A stretch of DNA of 64,000 nt, taken from positions 32,001 through 96,000 of the IMG/VR virus record IMGVR_UViG_3300036790_000419; one strand, given 5' to 3'. The stretch's first letter is position 1, and each line of letters begins with the position of its first letter. The notes under the pieces were generated by a model. The model was not told where the DNA came from. It did no database searches and was given only the letters and a program-made list of their open reading frames with translations. The translations under genes and the position numbers were made by a program. Of the stretch, positions 47,402 through 56,728 are shown in pieces. The DNA comes from a virus.

Positions 47402-47631
47402 GCGCTAGCTGGGAGACCCGCCACCCGTCGGTTCGCGAGAAGTGCCGCTGGCTTGAGCCGAACCCGAACCTTCCGCCGGGCGTGCCGGCCACCGTGGCCG
47501 GCATGTTCCGCGACATGAGGAACCAGCTGCTGGCGGTGCTCGACGACGGTCCCCAGCTCTCGCTCGGGCTGCAGCACCTGGTCGACGGCAAGGACTGCCT
47601 GGTGCGCCAGGCCCTCGCGGACACCGACTAG
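47398..47631 (+). CDS. Small helical-hairpin protein
   Basis: GTGA overlap; LP..VA..F..L..GPQLSLGLQHLVDGKDCLVR. Confidence 0.6.
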   Translation: MSASWETRHPSVREKCRWLEPNPNLPPGVPATVAGMFRDMRNQLLAVLDDGPQLSLGLQHLVDGKDCLVRQALADTD

Positions 47632-48186
47632 ATGGCCCTCTGCTTCAACGAGGAGTGGATGAGCCAGGGCCAGCTCGACGTGCTGGCGGCCCTGGCCCAG
47701 TCCACCGGCTACCTTGACGGCGCGGCCGTCGAGATCGGCACCTGGCAGGGCCGTAGCGCTATCCCTATCGCCAACGCGATCCGCCCGAGGACCCTGCACG
47801 TCGTCGACCACTGGGAGGGCGACGGCCCGGAGTCGGCCGCGGCCGGCATCGGCATCGACCCGGAGCTGGTCAAGCGGGACAACTACGGGATCTTCCTGGC
47901 CAACGTCGCCGAGGCCACGCAGGGCAACGTCCAGGTCTGGAAGGCGGACTGGCGGGAGTTCGCGGCCAAGTGGGACCGCCCGATCGGGTTCCTGCACCTG
48001 GACGCCGCGCACACCACGGCGGAGGTGTCCGACTGCATCGCCGCGCTGCTGCCGCACGCCGTGCCCGGCGCCGTCTTCGCCGGCGACGACTGGAACTTCC
48101 CGACGGTGGCGGCCGGGGTCCGCGAGCAGTTCCCGGACAGCCAGCTCAGCGTCCAGTTCGGCAAGCTCTGGTGGGTGACCCTGTGA
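47632..48186 (+). CDS. Class I SAM-dependent methyltransferase (sugar O-methyltransferase-like)
   Basis: VEIGTWQGRS, VVDHW, LHLDAAH, GDDW. Confidence 0.8.
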   Translation: MALCFNEEWMSQGQLDVLAALAQSTGYLDGAAVEIGTWQGRSAIPIANAIRPRTLHVVDHWEGDGPESAAAGIGIDPELVKRDNYGIFLANVAEATQGNVQVWKADWREFAAKWDRPIGFLHLDAAHTTAEVSDCIAALLPHAVPGAVFAGDDWNFPTVAAGVREQFPDSQLSVQFGKLWWVTL

Positions 48187-48998
48187 AACTGTGGGATACC
48201 TGCATGCTCCGCGATGAGCTGGACATCCTCGAATGCCACCTGACGGAGTACGAGGACACTGACATCTGGCGGCACGTCATCGTGGAGGCCCCGCTGACGT
48301 TCACCGGCCAGCCGAAGCCGTTGTACTTCGCGGAGAACAGGGAACGGTTCGCCCCGTGGGCTGACCGGATCGTCCACCTGGTCGACGACGAGCTGCCGGA
48401 GACGCACGACCCCTGGGTCCGCGAGCGCCACCAGCGCGACTTCGCCATGCGCGGCCTGGAGGGCTCGACACCCGATGACGTCCTCATCGTCGCCGACGTC
48501 GATGAGCTGCTCTTCCGCGAGACCCTGAGGGTGCGGCCCGACCCGCTGCTCGGGGTGGGCCTGCAGCTGCTGTACGGCGCGGTGGACCGGCTCGGGAACG
48601 TGCAGGTCATGTCGTCGCTGGCCCGGCGGGGCGTGGTCTCCTCGCTGAATGAGGTGCGCGAGCGCCGGGAGTCCTACCCGAGGGTTGAGCTGGGCGGCTG
48701 GCACTTGTCCTGGCTGGGCGGCCCGGAGGTGATCCGGCGCAAGGCACTGTCGTTCAGCCACACCGAGGCGGTGCCGAAGATCTGCGGGGACAGTGCCTCG
48801 CCGGGTATCGCTTACGAGATGTGGGCGAAAGGCTGGGTGGAGGCGGACGGGGAGACTTACCCTGGCACCACCGACGTGGACCCGGACGCGACCTGGCCCA
48901 AGTGGATCTGGCAGTCCTGGGACCCGGTGCGGCGGCGCCGCCGCCGGCACGGACCCGCGCCGGCCTCCTGGTTCCGCCCGAGGGAGAGCGCATGCTGA
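48183..48998 (+). CDS. Glycosyltransferase, GT17-like
   Basis: ELDILE, IVEA..TFTGQPKPLYF, RERHQR, ADVDE, GGWHLSW, SFSH. Confidence 0.8.
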   Translation: MKLWDTCMLRDELDILECHLTEYEDTDIWRHVIVEAPLTFTGQPKPLYFAENRERFAPWADRIVHLVDDELPETHDPWVRERHQRDFAMRGLEGSTPDDVLIVADVDELLFRETLRVRPDPLLGVGLQLLYGAVDRLGNVQVMSSLARRGVVSSLNEVRERRESYPRVELGGWHLSWLGGPEVIRRKALSFSHTEAVPKICGDSASPGIAYEMWAKGWVEADGETYPGTTDVDPDATWPKWIWQSWDPVRRRRRRHGPAPASWFRPRESAC

Positions 48999-49771
48999 AT
49001 GACACCGCCCTGCTCATCACCGCCTGGAAGCGGCCGGAGTACCTGCGCCGTACCCTCGCCTCGTGGGCCGCCGCCGCGGACGTGGGCGAGCTGCGCATGG
49101 TCGCCGTCGCCCTCGGCTGGTCGAGTCACATGGATGACCAGATGGACGTCATCGCCGAAGCCGAGCAGGTACTGGGCCGCAAGGTCGTCGTGCTGAAGGA
49201 CAGCACGGAGGCCGCGCACGGTTCCGGCATGCACCGCGCGCTTGGCGAGGCCATAGACCGGGTACTCGACGGGTTCAGCCCGGAGTTCGTGCTCTGCGGC
49301 GAAGAGGACGTCATCGTCTCCAGTGACGTGCTGCGCTACATGGCCTGGGCGCAGGCCCAGTACACCGACAACGTGCTGTGCATCTGCGCGCACAACCGCG
49401 GCGGGGCAGGCTGGGACGGCCTGAGCGCGCCGCGCCAGGACGACGAGGCCGACCAGTCGGCGGTGCGGCTGCTGCCGTACTTCAACCCCTGGGTGTGGTG
49501 CACCTGGCAGCACACCTGGAAGGCGACGATCCGCCCGGTGTGGGACTGGGACTGCGACAGCGGCGTCGCGTTCAACGAGTCCGGCTACGACTGGAACCTG
49601 CAGCGGCTGTCCGGCACCGGGCCATGGCTGAACCTGGTGCCGGACGCCGCGCGCAGCCAGACCATCGGGGAGTACGCCGGGGTGTACTCGAACCCGGGTA
49701 TCTTCCCGCTGCAGCAGGCCCGGTCGTTCCGCGAGGAGCGCGAGAACGTGCGGTACTGGCTGAAAGACTAG
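48992..49771 (+). CDS. GT-A fold glycosyltransferase
   Basis: ITAWKRPEYLRRTL, GEEDVIVSSD, FNPWVW, YDW, RSQTIG. Confidence 0.75.
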   Translation: MLNDTALLITAWKRPEYLRRTLASWAAAADVGELRMVAVALGWSSHMDDQMDVIAEAEQVLGRKVVVLKDSTEAAHGSGMHRALGEAIDRVLDGFSPEFVLCGEEDVIVSSDVLRYMAWAQAQYTDNVLCICAHNRGGAGWDGLSAPRQDDEADQSAVRLLPYFNPWVWCTWQHTWKATIRPVWDWDCDSGVAFNESGYDWNLQRLSGTGPWLNLVPDAARSQTIGEYAGVYSNPGIFPLQQARSFREERENVRYWLKD

Positions 49772-49776
49772 GGCTG

Positions 49777-49929
49777 ATGGACCTGCCCGACGATGAGAAG
49801 CAGGGCCTGGGCGAATGGGAGCTGGACTGCGCGGCCCGGCTGCAGTCCGAGTACGGCGTCAGTTACGGCAAGGGCTGGGTGCGCCTGACGACAGAGCCCG
49901 GCTGCCCGCATCACGGGGCGCCCGATTAG
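49777..49929 (+). CDS. Small hypothetical protein
   Basis: Fills the gap; codon bias. Confidence 0.35.
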   Translation: MDLPDDEKQGLGEWELDCAARLQSEYGVSYGKGWVRLTTEPGCPHHGAPD

Positions 49930-49935
49930 AGGTGC

Positions 49936-50376
49936 GTGGCTAGCAACTGGGACAAGTTCGACGGGCTGTTCACCTGCCCGAAGAGCGTAGAGGACGGCGA
50001 CCTGCGCACCTCTTACGAGGAGTTCTACTCGACCGCGCGCGGCGAGTGCGAGGGCCTGGACATGTCGTCGGCACAGGTCATGCGCACCAGTGTGATGCTC
50101 AACTGGTTCTTCAAGCACCAGCAGACTTCCCGGCGCGGCTACGGCACCGACGACGGCTACCAGCACCCGGGCCAGGAGAAGGACGCGATCCTGGCCTGGG
50201 AGCAGATCGCCAAGACCTGGGACGACGTCCGGCTGAAGAGCCGCCGCGCCGACCCCGGCGGCATGGCCCCGGAGAAGGTCCGCGACGTCTTCCTGCTGGT
50301 GCTCAGCCAGGTGGAGGACCCTGGCCTGCGCGCCGTGCTGCAGGACAAGTTCGTTGAGGCGCTGAGCGGGGCCTGA
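49936..50376 (+). CDS. Hypothetical protein
   Basis: GTG 13 nt after CGAT box. Confidence 0.6.
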   Translation: MASNWDKFDGLFTCPKSVEDGDLRTSYEEFYSTARGECEGLDMSSAQVMRTSVMLNWFFKHQQTSRRGYGTDDGYQHPGQEKDAILAWEQIAKTWDDVRLKSRRADPGGMAPEKVRDVFLLVLSQVEDPGLRAVLQDKFVEALSGA

Positions 50377-50383
50377 TAGACAG

Positions 50384-50426
50384 CCGATCAGAGTACGTAT
50401 ACGTTGCCTGTACGTACTCTGATCGG
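50384..50426. promoter_or_regulatory. 16-bp inverted repeat (putative operator)
   Basis: CCGATCAGAGTACGTA-N11-TACGTACTCTGATCGG just before the SD of the next gene. Confidence 0.65.
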
Positions 50427-50434
50427 AGGCTGCT

Positions 50435-50839
50435 GTGTCCAACACCACCGTTTCCCTCCCGGACGACCTGCGCGGCTACGCCAGGGCTGCCGGGGTCAAC
50501 CTGTCCGGTCTGCTGCAGCAGGCCGTCCGCGCGCACCGGGCCGAGCACGACAGCCTGGAGGCGAAGTTCCGCGAGGAGCTGGAGAAGTACCGCAGCGACC
50601 CGGAGCGCCAGGCTGAGTTTGCGCGCCTTGGGGCAGGCAACGGGCTCGCCCAGTTCAGGCCGTGCCCGGCCTGCGGTACCGCGGTGGACGAGGCCGAGGG
50701 CTGCATGGCCATGTTCGAGCCGTACGACGCCGCTCCGGTGGCCTTGCTCGCGCACTACCCCGACGACATGCGCCGGGCGAACCTGCGGTACTGGGCGGAC
50801 AGCGGCTGCGCGGATGTCACCCTGGGCATGCCGGAGTAA
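50435..50839 (+). CDS. CcdA-like ribbon-helix-helix protein with CxxC tail
   Basis: NTTVSLPDDLRGYARAAGVNLSGLLQQAV. Confidence 0.6.
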   Translation: MSNTTVSLPDDLRGYARAAGVNLSGLLQQAVRAHRAEHDSLEAKFREELEKYRSDPERQAEFARLGAGNGLAQFRPCPACGTAVDEAEGCMAMFEPYDAAPVALLAHYPDDMRRANLRYWADSGCADVTLGMPE

Positions 50840-50861
50840 GCCGCCGGGCGATTACCAGGGC

Positions 50862-52397
50862 ATGGCGGGAGCCCTGGAGCTGCTGGAGGCCGAGCACGAG
50901 ACGCGCGAGGCGCACGGGCACCTCATGCGCGAGTGCCCGTGGTACCAGCACGTCGCCAAGGGCGGCCGGGACCATCCTGACCTGCATTGCAGGCCCGCAA
51001 CAGGTGGTGAGGGCGGCGCGCTGGTCAAGTTCACCCCGCGCACCCCGGAGGCGTCCACGGTCGTCAAGCCGACGGTGCCCCCGGGCGGCCCCGGCCTGTT
51101 CCACATGAAGGGCCATCATCTTCCCGCCTACGTGGAGCACCTGTACCCGCACCTGGTAGCCAGGTACGGCAAGCAGGAGGCGTACAAAGTTGCCGTCGGG
51201 GTGGTCAAGAAATGGGCAGCGGGCGTCAACCCGGGCGGTAAGCGCCCGACGAAGACGCATCCCGATGTCCGGGCCGCCGCCGCGAAGAACGTGGCCGAGT
51301 GGGAGAAAGAGAAAGCCGAGGCGCACGAGCACCGTGCCGCCACCTCGGCCGTCGAGCTGGCGGTGGCGACCGCTCCGGGTGCGCGCCCGTTCCTCCTGCC
51401 GTCGCCACCTGGCGGACGGTATTCCCAGTACGGGATGTACCAGAACCCGGTGCAGGCCGTCAGTCCCAGCCCGCCGCTGCCGCCGGCCGTGACCCTGCCG
51501 ACCGCGGCCGAGGTGCGCGCGGTCATCCCGCTGGTGCCTGACTGCAGCGATGCCAGCCTGTCGGCGACCGCGCGCAAGTTCCTGGAGCAGGCCGCCTGGA
51601 AGCTGAACAAGGACGACCCGCTCGCGGCCCTCGCCGTGATGCGCAGCGCCGAGACGGCCCTGTACGCCGCGCACAAGGCCGACCAGGGGAACATGCTGCC
51701 CTCGGCTTACACCGCCAACGTGTTCACCCGCGTCCCGCCGGCCGCCCAGTCGTCGGCGACCACGGTGATGAAGCAGGGCTACGACAAGATGCTGGCGTGG
51801 CGGAAGGCGGAGCAGGCGCTGGGCGCGCTGTCCGACCGCATCCGCAAGCGGTACTTCCACGGTGTTTTCTCGGGCCCTTCGCAGATGGCCCGGATGACGG
51901 AGGGTGACATGAGCGCACTGGACAAGCTCGCGCTGGCCGTGGTGACGGGCAAGGACGTCTCCGAGCCCGCGGAGTCCGACACCTCGGGCGCGGCGCCGCT
52001 CATCCAGCCGCCCGAGGACCTGCTGAACATCACCGACCCGGACGCGTCGCGCGAGCTGGCCGCGCTGCCCGTGCTCGACAAGGCACGGGTGAGTGCCTAC
52101 CTGGCCAGGGCCCGGGACATGCGCCGCACCAACCCGGCCGGGGCCGCCCAGTCCGCGATGCGGGCCGCCATGGTCGCGAAGGAGTCCGGGGCGCACGACC
52201 TGGCCCGGCACATCCGCCACCACGTCCAGGCGCTGGCTGACACGGGCAACATGACCGTCACCGCGGACGCCGCCGGGCGGATGCAGGCCGGCGGGAAGGC
52301 CGTCAGCCCGCGTGACAGCCCGGGGCCGTCCTCCGACAACCCGAACGGCCCGGCGAAGCTGAGCGCGGTGGACGCGCTGCTCGCCGCTGCCCGGTAG
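50862..52397 (+). CDS. Putative virion/head morphogenesis protein
   Basis: ATG 13 nt after CGAT box; upstream of terminase. Function inferred from context. Confidence 0.55.
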   Translation: MAGALELLEAEHETREAHGHLMRECPWYQHVAKGGRDHPDLHCRPATGGEGGALVKFTPRTPEASTVVKPTVPPGGPGLFHMKGHHLPAYVEHLYPHLVARYGKQEAYKVAVGVVKKWAAGVNPGGKRPTKTHPDVRAAAAKNVAEWEKEKAEAHEHRAATSAVELAVATAPGARPFLLPSPPGGRYSQYGMYQNPVQAVSPSPPLPPAVTLPTAAEVRAVIPLVPDCSDASLSATARKFLEQAAWKLNKDDPLAALAVMRSAETALYAAHKADQGNMLPSAYTANVFTRVPPAAQSSATTVMKQGYDKMLAWRKAEQALGALSDRIRKRYFHGVFSGPSQMARMTEGDMSALDKLALAVVTGKDVSEPAESDTSGAAPLIQPPEDLLNITDPDASRELAALPVLDKARVSAYLARARDMRRTNPAGAAQSAMRAAMVAKESGAHDLARHIRHHVQALADTGNMTVTADAAGRMQAGGKAVSPRDSPGPSSDNPNGPAKLSAVDALLAAAR

Positions 52398-52440
52398 TCC
52401 GATTACCCGGAGCGGAATCCGCACGCTCCCGGGAGGCACG

Positions 52441-53253
52441 GTGTCACTGGATAAGATCCTCGCCCTGGCTGGGGCTGTCCCCGAGGCCCCGGACCTGGAC
52501 GCTGAGCTGCTGCTCGCTGTCCAGGTGGCGAGCGGGGAGCTGGCCCTGCTGCTGGCGTCCGATGACGACAGCGGCGATGAAGACCGAGGCCGCGGGGACA
52601 AGTCCGGCAAAGACGGCGACGACGAGGACAGCAGCGGCGGAGAGCATTCTGGCCACGCTACCTACAAGGCGATGGTCAAGAGGAACATCCCGCCGAAGAG
52701 GGCCGCGGCGATGTGCGCCAAGTCAGACAAGAACGTCAAGGCCTCCCAGCTGGCGAATTCGCTGGCGGTGCTGCTGGCCGGCGAGCCGGGCCGGGACATC
52801 TCGCTGGTCACCCTTACCCCGGACAGCGAGACCGCCGAAGGGCGCAAGAAGGCCGCCTCCTCCGGGCATGCCCTGGCCGACGGGTCATATCCAATAGAGG
52901 ACAAGAAGCACCTGCACTCGGCCGCGGTGCTCGCTGCTTCCGGGCACGGCAACGCCTCGGCCGCCAAGGCGCTGATCCGCAAGCGGGCCAGGGAGCTGGG
53001 GGTGGACGTGAACACGCTGCCCGGGTTCGGGGGGTCCGGCAAGGAGAACGACAAGGCCGCCGCGTCGATGGTGGCCCTGGCCAAGCAGGCGGGCGGCGGG
53101 GTCGCGATGCACCACGCGCCGATGACCGGCACCCACAGCCACGCGCACGCGGTCGGCGCGACGCACGAGCACGACCACCAGCACTTCGGCGACAACAACC
53201 ACAGCGGCGGCCCGCTGCACCGTCCGGGCTCCGAGCCGCGAAGGGACTGGTAA
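52441..53253 (+). CDS. Putative head-associated protein with His-rich tail
   Basis: ALADGSYPIED..LHSA..IRKRARELG motif; GGGAGG SD; CCGATTA box at 52399. Confidence 0.55.
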   Translation: MSLDKILALAGAVPEAPDLDAELLLAVQVASGELALLLASDDDSGDEDRGRGDKSGKDGDDEDSSGGEHSGHATYKAMVKRNIPPKRAAAMCAKSDKNVKASQLANSLAVLLAGEPGRDISLVTLTPDSETAEGRKKAASSGHALADGSYPIEDKKHLHSAAVLAASGHGNASAAKALIRKRARELGVDVNTLPGFGGSGKENDKAAASMVALAKQAGGGVAMHHAPMTGTHSHAHAVGATHEHDHQHFGDNNHSGGPLHRPGSEPRRDW

Positions 53254-53255
53254 CC

Positions 53256-53438
53256 GTGTTCGGCTGGCTGTCCTCGCTGTTCTTCGCCATCGCGTTCATC
53301 CTGTACGCGGCCAAGGCCGGCACCTCGCTGCCCTGGACCCCGGAGGGCTTCACGATCCTCGGCCTGCTGTGCCTGGCCCTGCACGTGGCGTTCTGGTGGT
53401 ACCCGGTCGGCCGCCGCCCCGGGCCGCCGGTCGCGTGA
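53256..53438 (+). CDS. Small two-TM membrane protein
   Basis: Two hydrophobic helices; GTGA overlap with terminase. Confidence 0.55.
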   Translation: MFGWLSSLFFAIAFILYAAKAGTSLPWTPEGFTILGLLCLALHVAFWWYPVGRRPGPPVA

Positions 53439-55402
53439 CCGCCGCCGGCGCGGCTGCCGCGGCCCTGCTCGGGTCGTCCGGCGGCGCGGGCACGTCCGCT
53501 ACCGGGCCCGGCATCTTCGAGGAGGAGCCGGTCCCGCTTGACGTCTTCGTCCGGGACCGGGCCTACCTGGCCAACCCGCCGCTGAGCGAGGTCCAGTACG
53601 AGGCGGTCCGGCACGCTGAGCGGGTCTACTACCTGCCGACCTACGAGCTGCTGGCGGCCAGCGCCGACAAGGAGGTGAGGAACTACTGGTCGCAGCCGAC
53701 GCGCATGGTCAACTTCCTGGAGCTGGAGTGGGGGAAGGGCGGGGGCAAGGACCACACCTGCCGGATGATCGCCATGCGGGTCTGCTACCTGCTGCTGTGC
53801 CTGAAGTCCCCGCAGGATTACTACCAGATGCCCGAGCAGGATTCGATTCACGTCCTGAATGTCGCATCATCTTCGAAGCAGGCCCAGCGCGCGTTCTTCG
53901 CCCCCATGCGCCGCGCGGTGCAGCGGCCGGGCTGCTGGTTCCAGCGCAAGGCCGGCATCGACATCATCGACGCCGCCGCCCGCCAGCAGCGCGGCGCCCG
54001 CGGGGAGCGCACCGTCACGCTGCTGGACACCATCCGGTTCGAGCACAACATCGAGGCTGTCTCCGGCCACTCCGACGCCGACAGCCAGGAGGGGCTCAAC
54101 CTCATCCTCGGCATCGCCGACGAGATCGACGCGTTCCGCTCGGCCGCGGAGCTGGCTCGCAACGCCTCGGCCAAGCAGCGCGAGTCGTCCTCCTCGGCCG
54201 AGGCGATCCTCGACATGATCCGGACCAGTGCCACCACCCGGTTCCCGGAGACCTTCAAGAACGTGCACATCTCCTACCCGCGCTACCTGGGCAGCACCAT
54301 CCAGCAACTGGTCGCCAAGGGCAAGGCTGACAACGAGGCGCGCGGTGAGCGGAGCCGCTACTACGTGTCCGGCCCGCTGGCTACCTGGGAGGCCAATCCC
54401 CGCATCAGCGGGAAAGAGGCGTTCGCGGAGGACTACGAGAAGGACCCGGCGCTGGCCGAGGCGAAGTACGAGTGCAAGCCGCGCCGCGCGATTAACCCGT
54501 ACTTCGCCAACGAGGAGGCCATCCGCGACTGCCTGGTGGAGTACGCCCAGCCGCCGGTGAGCGTGGCCTACGTGCGCGAGGGCGCGACCTGGAGGCCGCT
54601 CTACACCTTCAGCCCCGGGTTCTTCCCGGTCAAGGGTGCCTTGTACGCCATGCACGCTGACCTGGCGGCCACCGGCGACCGGGCCGGCGTGACGATGGCG
54701 CACGTCAAGCGCTGGCAGGACCACGCCCTTGTCGGCTACGACGAGGAAGGCCTGGAGATCAAGGTCCAGGAGCGCCGCCCGGTGGTGAAAGCCGACTTCA
54801 CCATCAGCTACGAGGCGGACGCCGGCGCGAGGCCGCCGATGGAGATCCAGATTCGCTGGGCGAGGATGTTGTGCCTTGAGCTGCGCCGGATGGGATTTCC
54901 GGTAGTTTTCTTCTCATTCGATCAGTGGCAGTCAAAAGACTCCATGCAGATCCTGGAATCGCACGGAATAGAGACTGACCGGTTCTCCACCGACGTGTCC
55001 GAGGAGGGCTGGCGGACGCTGCGGGACGTCATGTACGAGGGCCGCCTGGAGATGCCCGCGCGCGAGCTGACCGTCATCGAGCTGCTCGGGCTGTCGCGGC
55101 TGCCGAACGGCAAGATCGACCACCTGGGTGACAGCTCCAAGGACGAGGCCGACTCCCTGGCCGGCGCGGTTTCCGGCGCGCTGAGGACCGGCGGCCAGGA
55201 GGACGCGAGCGGCAAGCGCGCCTACCCCGGCCAGGCCTCGTTCTACGGCCCGGCCGCTGAGATCCCCTCCCCGGCTGGAATGCCCGCGGCGATGTCAGTG
55301 CTCGGCCCGGATAACTTCATGCCGGCGGACCGCCCCGGCATGGAGTACGGCAGCAGCTACCTGGACGACTGGGGCTCGGCCAGCGGGGACTACCAGCAGT
55401 AA
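53435..55402 (+). CDS. Terminase large subunit
   Basis: WGKGGGKD Walker A, IADEID Walker B, ISYPR, HADLA, FDQWQS, IDH..SKDEADSLAG. Confidence 0.85.
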   Translation: MTAAGAAAAALLGSSGGAGTSATGPGIFEEEPVPLDVFVRDRAYLANPPLSEVQYEAVRHAERVYYLPTYELLAASADKEVRNYWSQPTRMVNFLELEWGKGGGKDHTCRMIAMRVCYLLLCLKSPQDYYQMPEQDSIHVLNVASSSKQAQRAFFAPMRRAVQRPGCWFQRKAGIDIIDAAARQQRGARGERTVTLLDTIRFEHNIEAVSGHSDADSQEGLNLILGIADEIDAFRSAAELARNASAKQRESSSSAEAILDMIRTSATTRFPETFKNVHISYPRYLGSTIQQLVAKGKADNEARGERSRYYVSGPLATWEANPRISGKEAFAEDYEKDPALAEAKYECKPRRAINPYFANEEAIRDCLVEYAQPPVSVAYVREGATWRPLYTFSPGFFPVKGALYAMHADLAATGDRAGVTMAHVKRWQDHALVGYDEEGLEIKVQERRPVVKADFTISYEADAGARPPMEIQIRWARMLCLELRRMGFPVVFFSFDQWQSKDSMQILESHGIETDRFSTDVSEEGWRTLRDVMYEGRLEMPARELTVIELLGLSRLPNGKIDHLGDSSKDEADSLAGAVSGALRTGGQEDASGKRAYPGQASFYGPAAEIPSPAGMPAAMSVLGPDNFMPADRPGMEYGSSYLDDWGSASGDYQQ

Positions 55403-55573
55403 GAAAGGGAGGCTGGCCCGCGGGCCAGCCTCCCTCGCTTCGCCATCTGCCCATGCCCGCCCGTGCGACCGGAAAGGCACTTCCAGTGTGCAGCCTCCGG
55501 AGGCCGTTGTCGCCCGCGCGAACGATTCCGAACGAAGGAAAACGCCCGCGTACGGAACTGGTAGGTTCCGGTC

Positions 55574-55777
55574 GTGCCGTGGTTCCGCCGCAAGCCGTTC
55601 CGGCTCCTGTGCCCGTACTGCGGCAGCTGCTTCTTCTGGGCCCGGGTCAGCCTGGCACGCAAGGGGTACGACCGGCCCCCGGCCATCACCTCGCTGCGCT
55701 ATGACCTGACGTGTGACGATTGCGGCTTCGTGGCCGATTACCAGGATTTCATTGACCAGCACCGGGGCTGGCTGTGA
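55574..55777 (+). CDS. Zinc-ribbon protein
   Basis: CPYCG..CDDCG. Confidence 0.5.
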   Translation: MPWFRRKPFRLLCPYCGSCFFWARVSLARKGYDRPPAITSLRYDLTCDDCGFVADYQDFIDQHRGWL

Positions 55778-56055
55778 GTATCCCGTTCGAGGCACTGGTT
55801 GAGTACGCGGCCGGCCTTGCCGAGGAGGACATGGAGGAGGGCCTGGACCAGCTCGCGGCGCGGGCCGGGACCGTGCCCGGGCGGCTGGCCGACGCGATGG
55901 TCGCGGCCAGGCTGGTGCGGCTGAACCCGGCGGAGGTCCGCGCGTCCGTGCACCCGGCGGTCCGCAGGGCGGTGGAGGCCGACCGGGGCGGGGTGGCTAG
56001 CGGCGCCGCGGCCAGCCTCTTTACCCAGCCAGAAATTCCCCTGGATTTAGCTTGA
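55774..56055 (+). CDS. Hypothetical protein
   Basis: GTGA overlap. Confidence 0.5.
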   Translation: MSIPFEALVEYAAGLAEEDMEEGLDQLAARAGTVPGRLADAMVAARLVRLNPAEVRASVHPAVRRAVEADRGGVASGAAASLFTQPEIPLDLA

Positions 56056-56080
56056 CACCAGTCAAGCAGGGTAGTAACGT
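56050..56080 (+). promoter_or_regulatory. Housekeeping-sigma promoter with operator, driving the RNA island
   Basis: GCTTGAC-ACCA-GTCAAGC; TTGACA-N17-TAACGT. Confidence 0.8.
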
Positions 56081-56086
56081 AGTAGC

Positions 56087-56340
56087 TACCCGGGATGCGA
56101 CCCAACCAGCCGCACCCGGGGTTCACCGCAAAGAACTGGCGCGGGTTAGGCCCGCTCCGCTACCGTAAGGATCATGATGTCAAGGTCATCGAGTAAGCAG
56201 TGGCAGCGAGGGCACGAGCCCTTCGCAGCCGCCGTGCTGCCCGAAGACAACTGCATCCCGGCGAACAAGGCGGTCGTTGTGTAGCGGCCAACCTGCACCA
56301 GCAGACCGCCTCGGGAGAAGCCTCCTGAAGGCGGTTTTTA
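56087..56340 (+). ncRNA. ~250-nt structured ncRNA (Ms1-like candidate or attenuator leader)
   Basis: Bounded by promoter and hairpin+U-tract; CCGGGATGC/GCATCCCGG long-range pairing; no ORF. Confidence 0.5.
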
Positions 56341-56357
56341 GTTGGACAACTCAACAT

Positions 56358-56430
56358 AGGGACGTAGTTCAGCGGCCAGAACGGCAGCTTCCAACACTGC
56401 GCGCCGGGGGTTCGAGTCCTCCCGTCCCTG
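56358..56430 (+). tRNA. tRNA-Trp(CCA)
   Basis: Cloverleaf; A1-U72, G73; C31:A39 mismatch. Confidence 0.75.
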
Positions 56431-56728
56431 CGACCGTCAGCAACGGCGAGAGCCCGCGCAGGCGCATGTCAATGCAGCTTGAGAACTCCACAGCGTGAGC
56501 ATCAGCGGCGGGCGCCATCCCGTCGCACATGACTGGCAGCCGGGTGCGCTCACACCGTGCCCGGCTGCCGATCAACGCCCGGTTCACGGCATGCCGTGAC
56601 GATGGGCAAGCACCGTGCCGTCCGCCGGCCTCCGGGCTCGCGTTCCACCGTAGGGGTGTGCGGCCTGGCTCCGGCCAGGTGGCGGCGGTACTTGGTGTCA
56701 AGAGTTTTTGCACGATATGCAAAGCAAT

